A DNA stretch of 32,000 nucleotides from Pseudomonas aeruginosa (GTDB taxonomy: Bacteria; Pseudomonadota; Gammaproteobacteria; Pseudomonadales; Pseudomonadaceae), in NCBI RefSeq assembly GCF_001457615.1, contig NZ_LN831024.1:2730001-2762000 (forward strand), in the 5' to 3' direction. The notes beneath the pieces were generated by a model that saw nothing but the letters and a program-made list of their open reading frames with translations, was not told the DNA's origin and ran no database searches. Within the stretch, counting starts at the first letter, position 1, and each line of letters starts with the position of its first letter. Position numbers and translations under genes: made by a program. Shown here in pieces: positions 19,876-32,000 of the stretch.

Positions 19876-22050
19876 ATGGAAGGGCTGAAATTCTACGCCC
19901 GCTTGCTCTGGCGGCCGCCGCGGGAAACCCTGCTGTTCGCCCTGCGCACCGTCGCCGCCGGGCTGCTGACCCTCTACCTGGCCTTCCTCTTCGACCTGGA
20001 GCAGCCGAAGTGGGCGCTGATGACCGTGGTCATCGTCAGCCAGCCGCTGGCCGGGATGGCTCTCAAGCGCAGTTTCGCCCAGGTCCTCGGTACCTTCGCC
20101 GGCGCCGTGGTGGCGGTGCTGATCATGGCGCTGTTCGCCCAGCAACCGTTGCCGTTCTTCGTCGCCCTGGGACTCTGGCTGGCGCTCTGCACCGCCGGCG
20201 GCACCTTGCTGCGCTACACCGACTCGCACGCCTTCGTGCTCAGCGGCTTCACCGCGGTGATCGTCGCCGTGCTGTCGATTCCCGATCCGGAAAACACCTT
20301 CATGCTCGCCGTGGTGCGGGTCACCGAGACCCTGCTGGGCGTCGCCTGCGTGGCCCTGGTCAGCCTGCTCAGCGCGCGACCGCAGGCGGTGGCGAAGGGC
20401 TACTTCGCCCAGGTCGACGGCCTGATCCGCAGTACCGCGCGGCACGCCGCGGCGGTGATCCGCGGCGACGAGGGCGACGAGTCGTTCAACCAGCGGCAGA
20501 TGCAACTGGTCGCCAGCATCACCGCGCTGGACGGCCTGCGCCGGCACCTCTATTTCGACGCGCCGAACCTGCGCCGCGCCGATGGCCTGGTGCAGTTGCT
20601 GGGTAACCTGCTGGTGCTGATGGCCTCGCGGCTGTTGCTGCTGCGCCAGCATCGCCTGCTGGTGCGGGCGCACTGGGTCGGGCCGTTGCCGGCGGATATC
20701 CAGGCACTGCTGGATCGTGCGTTGCGGGTGCTGGACGCGCTGGCCGAGCAGGGGCGGGCGGTACCCTCCGAGGTGCTGGAGGAGTTCCAGGCGGTGCGCC
20801 AGGCCTTCGATGCCGCGGCGACGCGCGCGGAGTCCTACGACGAGGCGCTGAGCCCGGCGCTGCGCCCGCAGGTGGCGATCCTGCGCTGGGAATACGCGCG
20901 GCTGTTCCAGCGCCTGGGCGAAGTGCTCGAACTCAACGATGCGATCCAGTCCGGCCGCCAGGCCAGCAGTTTCTACCGCCGTGGCCAGGCGCAGGCGCTG
21001 CACCTGGACTGGGCGCTGGCCTCGATGAACGCCGTGCGCGCTTTCGTCGCCTTGTCCTGCGCCGCCTGGCTGTGGATCACCAGCGCCTGGAACGGCGCCC
21101 TCAGCAGCCTGCTGCTGGTCGGCGTGATGTGCTCGCTGATGGCGACCTTCCCGCGTCCGCTGCTGGCGGCGCAGAACTTCCTGCGCGGGCTGCTGCTGGC
21201 GATCCTGATCTCGGCGGCGCTGCTGTTCGTGCTGTTGCCGGCATCCGCCGACTTCGAGTGGCTGGCGCTGTGGATGGCGTTGCTGCTGTACGTGGTCGCG
21301 GTCGGCTTGAGCAGCCCGCTGAGCGCCGGGATCGCCATGGGCATCGGCCTGGAGACCCTGCTGATGGTGGCGCCGCAGAATATCGCGGTCTACTACAGCA
21401 ACGCTTCGCAGTGGTTCGAGTTCGTCGGCGGCTTCCTCGCCGCGGCGGTCCTCGCCGTGCTGGTGTTCGCCCTGGTCTATCCGTTCCGCGCCGACCCGCG
21501 CCTGCGCCGGCTGCTCTACCTGTCGCGCCAGGACGTCGCGGAAATGTCGCGCTGCGAGGCCAGCGAGACGCAGCGCTTCGCCTTCGAGACGCGGATGATC
21601 GATCGCCTGGCGGTGATGGTCGGCCTGCTGCCGGCGAGCCAGGAGCCGGCTGCGGCGGAACGTTTCCAGTGCGCCCTGGGCTGCGTGGTGATGGGCGTGG
21701 CGTTGAACCGCCTGCGCGAGCCGCTGCATGACGCCGGGGTGGTGCCGCTGGAGTTGCAGCCGCTGCTGGGCGAGGCGCTGCGCGAGGTCGCCGCCTACAT
21801 AGCCGGCGGCGCGGACGCCCCGCGGCAGGACCTCGCCCTGGCCGCCCTGCGGCGTTTCGGCCGGGGCCTGGAGGCCTTGCTGGCGCAGCCGTCGAAGGAC
21901 CTCGGGGCGACGCGGCAGCGCTTCATCATGAATGTCGCGGTACTGATCCTGCAGCAGTCGCTGCAACGCTATCGGACGCTGCTGGAGGAGGACCGCGGCG
22001 CACCGGCGGTCGTCGAAGAACCAGAAGAGGAGGGCGGACATGCCCGCTGA
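19876..22050 (+). CDS. FUSC-family (AaeB-like) efflux inner-membrane protein
   Basis: 724 aa from MEGLKFYARLLWRPPRETLLFALRTVAAGLLTLYLAFLFDLEQPKWALMTVVIVSQPLAGM; multiple TM segments in two halves. Confidence 0.88.
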   Translation: MEGLKFYARLLWRPPRETLLFALRTVAAGLLTLYLAFLFDLEQPKWALMTVVIVSQPLAGMALKRSFAQVLGTFAGAVVAVLIMALFAQQPLPFFVALGLWLALCTAGGTLLRYTDSHAFVLSGFTAVIVAVLSIPDPENTFMLAVVRVTETLLGVACVALVSLLSARPQAVAKGYFAQVDGLIRSTARHAAAVIRGDEGDESFNQRQMQLVASITALDGLRRHLYFDAPNLRRADGLVQLLGNLLVLMASRLLLLRQHRLLVRAHWVGPLPADIQALLDRALRVLDALAEQGRAVPSEVLEEFQAVRQAFDAAATRAESYDEALSPALRPQVAILRWEYARLFQRLGEVLELNDAIQSGRQASSFYRRGQAQALHLDWALASMNAVRAFVALSCAAWLWITSAWNGALSSLLLVGVMCSLMATFPRPLLAAQNFLRGLLLAILISAALLFVLLPASADFEWLALWMALLLYVVAVGLSSPLSAGIAMGIGLETLLMVAPQNIAVYYSNASQWFEFVGGFLAAAVLAVLVFALVYPFRADPRLRRLLYLSRQDVAEMSRCEASETQRFAFETRMIDRLAVMVGLLPASQEPAAAERFQCALGCVVMGVALNRLREPLHDAGVVPLELQPLLGEALREVAAYIAGGADAPRQDLALAALRRFGRGLEALLAQPSKDLGATRQRFIMNVAVLILQQSLQRYRTLLEEDRGAPAVVEEPEEEGGHAR

Positions 22051-22249
22051 TGTCGAGGTCGGGGGCGCCTACCTGCCGCCGATCGCCCAGGCGCTGCTGC
22101 TGGCCTGGCTGATCCTGCTGCTGCTCAACCCGCTGTTGCGGCGCTTCGGCGTGTTGCAGCGGGTCTGGCACGAAGCGCTGTTCCAGGGCGCGTTGTACTG
22201 CGCGATCTGCGCCGGTCTGATCCTGTGGATGGGAGAGATGTCCCGATGA
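22040..22249 (+). CDS. DUF1656 (YdhI/AaeX-like) small membrane protein
   Basis: 69 aa, two TM segments, between FUSC and HlyD-like genes. Confidence 0.85.
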   Translation: MPADVEVGGAYLPPIAQALLLAWLILLLLNPLLRRFGVLQRVWHEALFQGALYCAICAGLILWMGEMSR

Positions 22250-23250
22250 ACCTGTTGCAAGGCAAATGGCCGCGCCTGGCCACCCTGCTGGCGGTGCTGG
22301 TGGCGGCGGCGCTGGTGTTCCTCGCCTGGGAACGCTACACCCGCACGCCCTGGACCCGTGACGCGCGGGTCCGCGCCGATGTGGTGACGCTGTCGGCGGA
22401 CGTTTCCGGGCTGATCACCCGGTTGCCGCTGAGCGACAACCAGCCCGTGGAGAAGGGCGAGCTGCTGCTCAGCATCGATCCGGCGCGCTATGAACTGGCG
22501 GTGCTGCGCGCCGAGCGCGCGGTGAACGTGGCGCGGGCGGCGCTGGGCGAGTCGCGCGCGGCGATCGAGGCCAGCCAGGCCCAGTTGCGCCAGCGCCGCA
22601 GCGAGGCGCAACGGCGCTCGGCATTGCAGAAGCGCTCGATGCTATCGGTGGAAGAGAACGAAAAGGCCCAGACCGACGTCAGCCTGGCCCAGGCCGAGTT
22701 GCTGAGGAACCAGGCCAGCCTCGGCCTGGCCCAGGCCAACGTGGAGCTTGCCGAAGCCGCCTTGCAGCAGGCCCGTCTCGACCTCGAACGTACCCAGGTG
22801 CGCGCCCCGGTCAGCGGCTACGTGACCAACCTGCAGACCCGCGAGGGCGACTACGCCCACGCCGGGGTGCCATTGCTGGCGCTGGTGGACCGCGATTCGT
22901 TCTATGTCAGCGGATACTTCGAGGAGACCAAGTTGCCGGGCATCCACGTCGGCAGCCGGGCGCGGGTGGAACTGATGAGCGGCGAGCGCTTCGACGGGCG
23001 CGTGCAGAGCATCGCCCATGCCATCACCGACCGGGAGAATGCCGAGGGCTCGCGCCTGCTGGCGAACATCAACCCGAGCTATACCTGGGTCAAGCTGGCC
23101 CAGCGAATTCCGGTGCGCATCGCCATCGATCCCGCCTATCGCCAGCGCAACACCTTGCGCGCCGGCGTGACCGCGACCATCCGGGTGCTGCCCGCGGAGG
23201 ACACCGCGAAAGTCGATTCCGCGGCGCCCGGGACTGCCTTGCGGCCTTGA
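22246..23250 (+). CDS. HlyD/AaeA-like membrane fusion protein
   Basis: 334 aa from MNLLQGKWPRLATLL; RTPWTRDARVRADVVTLSADVSG..., APVSGYVTNLQTREGDYAHAG; ATGA overlap with DUF1656. Confidence 0.9.
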   Translation: MNLLQGKWPRLATLLAVLVAAALVFLAWERYTRTPWTRDARVRADVVTLSADVSGLITRLPLSDNQPVEKGELLLSIDPARYELAVLRAERAVNVARAALGESRAAIEASQAQLRQRRSEAQRRSALQKRSMLSVEENEKAQTDVSLAQAELLRNQASLGLAQANVELAEAALQQARLDLERTQVRAPVSGYVTNLQTREGDYAHAGVPLLALVDRDSFYVSGYFEETKLPGIHVGSRARVELMSGERFDGRVQSIAHAITDRENAEGSRLLANINPSYTWVKLAQRIPVRIAIDPAYRQRNTLRAGVTATIRVLPAEDTAKVDSAAPGTALRP

Positions 23251-23286
23251 GTCAGGCCGAACCGGTCAGTCTGTGCCGGTCATGGC

Positions 23287-23532
23287 TCAGGGTTGTTCGC
23301 GGACGATTTCCGCCAGGTGCAGGATCAATCGCTCGTCAGCCTGGTTGCCGCTCTGCTGGCGGAATTGCCTGGCCTCCTCGCGGGCGCGCTGGAAGGCCGC
23401 ATCGACGCTGGCCTGGCCATGGCTGTCGCGAATCCACAGGTAGAGGCCCATGACCAGGCTCTGCAGGGTGGCCAGGTCGCTGCTCTGGGCGTTCAGCGCA
23501 TCGATGAGTTGCTGTTTGGAAAACGCTTGCAT
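23287..23532 (-). CDS. Small hypothetical protein
   Basis: 81 aa from MQAFSKQQLIDALNAQSSDLATLQSLVMGLYLWIRDSHGQA...; opposite-strand overlapping ORF looks like a GC-rich shadow. Confidence 0.6.
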   Translation of the reverse strand: MQAFSKQQLIDALNAQSSDLATLQSLVMGLYLWIRDSHGQASVDAAFQRAREEARQFRQQSGNQADERLILHLAEIVREQP

Positions 23533-23724
23533 GGTCGATCTCCGATCAATGGCGCCGCAAGGGCGCGGTTCGCCCCGGCGGTCGCCGGGGTGCGCGGAGC
23601 ATGTGGAAAGTGCGGAGAGGCTGGCCAGCTTAGGCCAAGTCATTCAAATGATTAGGGAATTTTCTGACTTTCAGTGACCTTTCGACTGTTTTCGACGGCG
23701 GGCGATCGCTACGTTTTCATCGAA

Positions 23725-23759
23725 CCGTCACCAAACCGTCATGAAGACGCGCCTAGCAT
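23725..23759 (+). promoter_or_regulatory. Pho box plus -10 element for ppk2
   Basis: CCGTCAC-caaa-CCGTCAT (7-N4-7, 23725-23742), TAGCAT at 23754-23759 with an 11-nt gap. Confidence 0.75.
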
Positions 23760-23793
23760 TCGCGGTATTTCGGCATGACGTGGAGAGCAGCGC

Positions 23794-24708
23794 ATGGACT
23801 CCTATGGCGATACCTCGGGCCGCATCGGTCGCGACTGGCTCGATCGACACGACGAAGAGCTGGAGCAGGAACTGCTCGACGACGAGCTGAACCTGGACGA
23901 GCTGTTCGGTCCCGAGCAGGAGGATGCGCCCGGCGAATTGAGTCGGCGCCGCTATTTCCGCGAACTGTTCCGCCTGCAACGGGAACTGGTGAAACTGCAG
24001 AACTGGGTGGTGCACACCGGGCACAAGGTGGTGATTCTCTTCGAGGGACGCGACGCGGCGGGCAAGGGCGGCGTGATCAAGCGCATCACCCAGCGCCTCA
24101 ACCCTCGGGTCTGCCGGGTTGCCGCGCTGCCCGCGCCGAACGACCGCGAGCAGACCCAGTGGTATTTCCAGCGCTACGTCTCGCACCTGCCGGCCGGTGG
24201 CGAGATCGTCCTGTTCGACCGCAGCTGGTACAACCGTGCCGGGGTCGAGCGGGTCATGGGTTTCTGCAACGACGAACAATACGAGGAATTCTTCCGCAGC
24301 GTGCCTGAGTTCGAAAAGATGCTGGCGCGCTCGGGCATCCAGTTGCTCAAGTACTGGTTCTCCATCTCCGACGCCGAGCAGCACCTGCGTTTCCTCAGCC
24401 GTATCCACGATCCGCTCAAGCAGTGGAAGCTCAGTCCGATGGACCTGGAGTCGCGGCGGCGCTGGGAGGCCTACACCAAGGCCAAGGAAACCATGCTCGA
24501 ACGCACCCACATCCCCGAGGCGCCCTGGTGGGTGGTACAGGCCGACGACAAGAAGCGCGCGCGGCTGAACTGCATCCACCACCTGTTGCAGCAGATGCCC
24601 TACCGGGAAGTTCCGCAGCCGCCGGTACACCTGCCGGAGCGCCTGCGCCACGCCGATTACGTCAGGCATCCGACGCCCGGCGAGATCATCGTGCCGGAAG
24701 TCTACTGA
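23794..24708 (+). CDS. ppk2: Polyphosphate kinase 2 family protein
   Basis: 304 aa; VVILFEGRDAAGKGGVIKRITQRLNPR, VLFDRSWYNRAGVERVMGF, PHERTHIPEAPWWVV-type motifs. Confidence 0.95.
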   Translation: MDSYGDTSGRIGRDWLDRHDEELEQELLDDELNLDELFGPEQEDAPGELSRRRYFRELFRLQRELVKLQNWVVHTGHKVVILFEGRDAAGKGGVIKRITQRLNPRVCRVAALPAPNDREQTQWYFQRYVSHLPAGGEIVLFDRSWYNRAGVERVMGFCNDEQYEEFFRSVPEFEKMLARSGIQLLKYWFSISDAEQHLRFLSRIHDPLKQWKLSPMDLESRRRWEAYTKAKETMLERTHIPEAPWWVVQADDKKRARLNCIHHLLQQMPYREVPQPPVHLPERLRHADYVRHPTPGEIIVPEVY

Positions 24709-24821
24709 GCCAGTGGGCGCCGCGTACTTCGCTCACTCGGGTTCTTCCTTGTTCCTCCGGCCGCGCCTCTGGATGACGCTGGCGCCTCGACGCGCGCGTT
24801 GCCGCCTGGCTCGCGCGCGCT

Positions 24822-24845
24822 TAAATTTCCTCCTTCACATGACGT
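24822..24845 (+). promoter_or_regulatory. PvdS-dependent IS box
   Basis: TAAAT-(16 nt: ttcctccttcacatga)-CGT, exact match to the IS-box consensus TAAAT-N16-CGT. Confidence 0.85.
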
Positions 24846-24880
24846 TCCTCTGAGAACAACTCCGTGTCTCGAGTCCGATC

Positions 24881-25894
24881 ATGCCCCTGTTGAATTCCCT
24901 GACTGTATTGCCGTTGCCTGGCGGGCAGCGTTTGAGTGGCGACGAAACCGATAGCCGGCTCAGCCTTGCCCTGGATGGTGCGTTGCTGTTGCGCCTGCGC
25001 CTGGAGCGCACAGACACGGAAATACGGCTGGCGGTGGAGGAGCTTCCCGGCGGCGATGCCGAGCATGCGTTGTGGGCCGCCAGCTACTGGCTGTTCGCCC
25101 GCGATCCGGATTGCCAGCGGCTCGTCTGGTCGCTGTCCTGGGAACCCGAAGAGTCCCTGGCGAAGGGGATGCTGACAGGAGCCGCCGCAGCGGGCACCTA
25201 TGTCTGCGAGAGGGGCCGGTTCTGGCAGTTGCCATGGCCCTGGCTGCCGCTTGCCCAGCCGTGCTATCCCCAGTCGATGCAACTTACCGATGGAAAGCGT
25301 CATCCGCTGCGCCGGCCGAAGCCCAGGGGAGAGGTCTACCGGCGCTTCGATGCGCGATTGGGATGCTGGATATCCTTGCGTACCCTGGACATCGAGAGGG
25401 ACCTGGAGCGTTTTCATCGCTGGCAGAACTCGCCCAGGGTGGCGGAGTTCTGGCAGGAGGATGGAAGCCTGGAACAACATCGCGAGCGTTTGCGCCAGCT
25501 CGAGGCGGATCCTCATGCACTGGGGCTCATCGGCTGTTTCGACGATGAGCCCTTCGCCTATTTCGAGGCCTACTGGGCGAAGGAGGATCGCATCGCGCCG
25601 TTCTACGTGGCCGAAGACTACGACCGCGGGATCCACATGCTGGTCGGCGAGGAGGCCCACCGGGGTCCGCACAAGGTCGCCTGCTGGCTATCGGCACTGG
25701 TCCACTACCTGTTTCTCGACGACCCGCGCTCGCAGCGAGTGGTGGCGGAACCGCGCGCAGATAACGCGCGGATGATCGGTCACATGCACAACCTGTGCTT
25801 CCACTGCGAGAAGGAGTTCGACTTTCCGCACAAGCGGGCGGCGCTGATGATCATCGGCCGCGAACGGTTCTTCGAGCGCTGTCGTCTGGCCTGA
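24881..25894 (+). CDS. GNAT/IucB-AlcB-like siderophore acetyltransferase-family protein (possibly pvdY)
   Basis: 337 aa; WQNSPRVAEFWQEDGSLEQHRERLRQLEADPHALGLIGCFDDEPFAYFEAYWAKEDRIAPFY...DRGIHMLVGEEAHRG; perfect IS box upstream; next to pvdS. Confidence 0.85.
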   Translation: MPLLNSLTVLPLPGGQRLSGDETDSRLSLALDGALLLRLRLERTDTEIRLAVEELPGGDAEHALWAASYWLFARDPDCQRLVWSLSWEPEESLAKGMLTGAAAAGTYVCERGRFWQLPWPWLPLAQPCYPQSMQLTDGKRHPLRRPKPRGEVYRRFDARLGCWISLRTLDIERDLERFHRWQNSPRVAEFWQEDGSLEQHRERLRQLEADPHALGLIGCFDDEPFAYFEAYWAKEDRIAPFYVAEDYDRGIHMLVGEEAHRGPHKVACWLSALVHYLFLDDPRSQRVVAEPRADNARMIGHMHNLCFHCEKEFDFPHKRAALMIIGRERFFERCRLA

Positions 25895-25970
25895 CGGGGC
25901 GGGAAGAAGCTCGAGGCGTCCGGCGGACGCCAATAGAGAAACGGGCAGGCGTAATGCCTGCCCCTGTGTC

Positions 25971-26534
25971 TCAGCGACGCGCGCTCAGGTTCGCCAGATT
26001 GTCGCCCTGGCGCTCGGCGGTGACCTTGCGGCAGTGCACCAGGGCGTCGCGGATCATGAAGTTGACCAGGGTCGGCGAGACGCCCAGTTCCTTGGCGATG
26101 TCCTTCTGTGGCACGCCGTGCAGGCGGTACATCTCGAAGGCGTAGCGGGTGCGCTTGGGCAGCTCGGTGAGGGCATCCGCGATGTGTTCGAGGGTCGCGT
26201 AGTTGATGTGCGAGGTTTCCGGCGAGGCGCCCTGGATCACCACGTTCAGGCCTTCTTCCTCCGGCCCCGAGTATTTCTGTTCGAGCGCCTGCTTGCGGTA
26301 GTGATCGATGGCCAGGTTGCGGACGATCTGGAACAGGTAGCTGAGCTGTGCCTTGAACGACGAAGTGATCTGCGGCGCCGACTGGAGCCTGAAGAACGCA
26401 TCCTGGACCACATCTTCGGCTCGCGAGCGGCAACCGGTAATGCGGGCGGCGATCTTCACCAGGATCGTACGGTTATCGACGAATGCCTGGAGGAGCGGGG
26501 TATCGCATCTGCGGGTAGACAGTTGTTCCGACAT
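25971..26534 (-). CDS. pvdS: ECF iron-starvation sigma factor PvdS
   Basis: 187 aa from MSEQLSTRRCDTPLLQAFVDNRTILVKIAARITGCRSRAEDVVQDAFFRL; AAGGTGA RBS. Confidence 0.97.
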   Translation of the reverse strand: MSEQLSTRRCDTPLLQAFVDNRTILVKIAARITGCRSRAEDVVQDAFFRLQSAPQITSSFKAQLSYLFQIVRNLAIDHYRKQALEQKYSGPEEEGLNVVIQGASPETSHINYATLEHIADALTELPKRTRYAFEMYRLHGVPQKDIAKELGVSPTLVNFMIRDALVHCRKVTAERQGDNLANLSARR

Positions 26535-26603
26535 GGAAATCACCTTGCTGCGGAGGGGGCTGCAGAGCACTGGCGGTGGGGTAAGACCCACACATGGCGC
26601 AAC

Positions 26604-26636
26604 AAATTATGTTGAATGATAATGATTGTCAATTAC
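26604..26636 (-). promoter_or_regulatory. pvdS sigma70 promoter overlapped by a Fur box
   Basis: Minus strand TTGACA (26632-26627), 17-bp spacer, TAATTT (26609-26604); plus-strand GATAATGATTGTCAATTAC (26618-26636) matches the 19-bp Fur consensus at 14/19. Confidence 0.85.
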
Positions 26637-27021
26637 GAAGAAATAACCAATCTCACCTTTATTCGTGAATGGTCCGCATGCTGGCAAATAGCCGCTGCGA
26701 ATGATGGAGGGGAGAAATTCTTCGGCGTTTCAGAAGGATGGCCGCGCCAATGTTGCAGTCATGCGTCGCAGACGAAATTTTTTTAATAATCTTTAGGAAT
26801 CAGCTAGTTAGAAATCGTTATTGACCGCCTCGCCGCTCCTGCCGGCGTTCCGCGCAAGAACTGCGCTAAGGCGCTGCGACAACCGTTCCCGGCTGCTCCA
26901 TGGCGTACATCGCTATCGCCGATGCGGCGATAGCGCCGGGCACAACCCATCAGAATGGATAGGGGTTGGCGTCCTTTCGCGCAATGCTCCGCGGTTGCCC
27001 GGAGATTGCGGTTACATGCGC

Positions 27022-27045
27022 TAATTATTTGCCGTTGTTATCCGT
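27022..27045 (+). promoter_or_regulatory. IS-box variant upstream of pvdG-pvdL
   Basis: TAATT-(16 nt)-CGT. Confidence 0.7.
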
Positions 27046-27106
27046 TCCCCTCTGTGACAGCGCGGGCAGGTGCCCGGCGCCCCGGCGTGCGCAGCAGGAG
27101 ACGGAA

Positions 27107-27181
27107 ATGCCGATCGATCATGGGAAAGCGCTCTGCCCCGGACGAGGGCCACGACAGCGGCGCAAGGAGGTCGGCAGGTGA
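27107..27181 (+). other. Candidate 24-aa upstream ORF overlapping the pvdG start
   Basis: MPIDHGKALCPGRGPRQRRKEVGR*; GGAG 6 nt upstream of the ATG; stop overlaps the pvdG start as GTGA. Confidence 0.45.
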
Positions 27182-27942
27182 GCCCGGCCGTTTCCCTGCA
27201 ATTGTTCTGCCTGCCTTATTCGGGGGCCAGCGCCACGCTGTTCCGCCGCTGGCAGCCCAGCCTGCCGGGCTGGATCCGCTTGCTGCCCCTGGAATTGCCG
27301 GGGCGCGGCCTTCGCTTCGGCGAGGCCCTGCATACCGATGCCGCCAGCCTGGTCGCGCAATTGGCCGGCGAGCTGCACGGCACCCTCGATAGCGCTTCTC
27401 CCTACGCCTTCTTCGGCCACAGCCTGGGCGGGCTGCTGGCCTTCGAACTGGCCCATGCCATGCGTCGGCGCGGCCTCGAAGGGCCGCTGGCGCTATTCCT
27501 CTCCGGCGTATCCCCGCCCGCCGAAAACGATGTCAGCGGCTACCGGCGCGCCAAGGCCGACGCCGAACTGGTCGCCGCGTTGCGCGACTACCGGGGTACT
27601 CCGGAGGCCGTCCTCAACGATCCGTCGCTGATGCAGATGCTGTTGCCAGTGGTGCGAGCGGACTTTCTCGTCACCGGCAGCTACCGCTACCAGGCGCATG
27701 GGCCGCTGGAAGCGGCGCTGCACCTGTTCGGCGGACGCGAGGACAGCCTGCGCAGCGCCGAGTTGCTCGGCTGGCTGCATGAGGCCGGGGGCGACTTCAC
27801 CCTCGACCTGCTCGACGGGCAGCACTTTTTCATCCGTGAACAGCAGGGGCAGTTGCTGCGCCTGCTGCGTCGCTACGCCGGCCAGCATCTGCTGCGCTGG
27901 CACAAGGACAAGGTCCGGGGAAGCATGCGCGCCGCCAGTTGA
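27178..27942 (+). CDS. pvdG: Pyoverdine-associated type II thioesterase
   Basis: 254 aa from GTG 27178 with AAGGAGG RBS; LFCLPYSGASATLFRRW, FFGHSLGGLLAFELA; terminal HFFI. Confidence 0.93.
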   Translation: MSPAVSLQLFCLPYSGASATLFRRWQPSLPGWIRLLPLELPGRGLRFGEALHTDAASLVAQLAGELHGTLDSASPYAFFGHSLGGLLAFELAHAMRRRGLEGPLALFLSGVSPPAENDVSGYRRAKADAELVAALRDYRGTPEAVLNDPSLMQMLLPVVRADFLVTGSYRYQAHGPLEAALHLFGGREDSLRSAELLGWLHEAGGDFTLDLLDGQHFFIREQQGQLLRLLRRYAGQHLLRWHKDKVRGSMRAAS

Positions 27943-28014
27943 GGGGCGGCCGCGACGACTGTTTCCGGGACTCACTAGAACTCGATTGCAAGCCGAATTC
28001 AGGCAGGAAAACAC

Positions 28015-32000
<3,986 letters not shown>

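Noticed and set aside
19627-22041. 804-aa minus-strand ORF opposite the FUSC gene
   Set aside because: Gln/Arg/Ala-rich composition typical of an antisense shadow; the plus strand encodes a recognisable FUSC membrane protein.

Overview
The window matches Pseudomonas aeruginosa chromosome. This is from recognition of the encoded proteins (PvdS, PvdG, PvdL, HmtA, Ppk2, GcvP) and gene order; no search was run. In order it contains: (1) the C-terminal part of a LysR regulator. (2) The glycine-cleavage/serine operon gcvH-gcvP-glyA-sdaA-gcvT, preceded by three 18-bp GcsR-like sites and a near-consensus sigma54 promoter. (3) A minus-strand pair: a tandem Myb/HTH-like protein and a polysaccharide-deacetylase-like protein whose catalytic residues look lost. 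(4) A structured, AT-richer intergenic region of about 690 bp. (5) A tightly coupled cluster of three SPFH/HflK-HflC-like proteins, a small exported protein, a CPC-type P1B ATPase (HmtA) and another exported protein. One SPFH protein has an extreme His-rich N-terminus. (6) A small exported protein and a LysR regulator (BexR-like). (7) A FUSC/DUF1656/HlyD efflux operon. (8) ppk2 with a well-formed Pho box. (9) The pyoverdine region: a siderophore acetyltransferase-like gene with a perfect IS box, pvdS with a Fur box over a sigma70 promoter, and pvdG and the start of pvdL with an upstream IS-box variant. The best candidate for an under-described system is the SPFH/His-rich/P1B-ATPase cluster. 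No CRISPR array, IS element, tRNA or rRNA was recognised.
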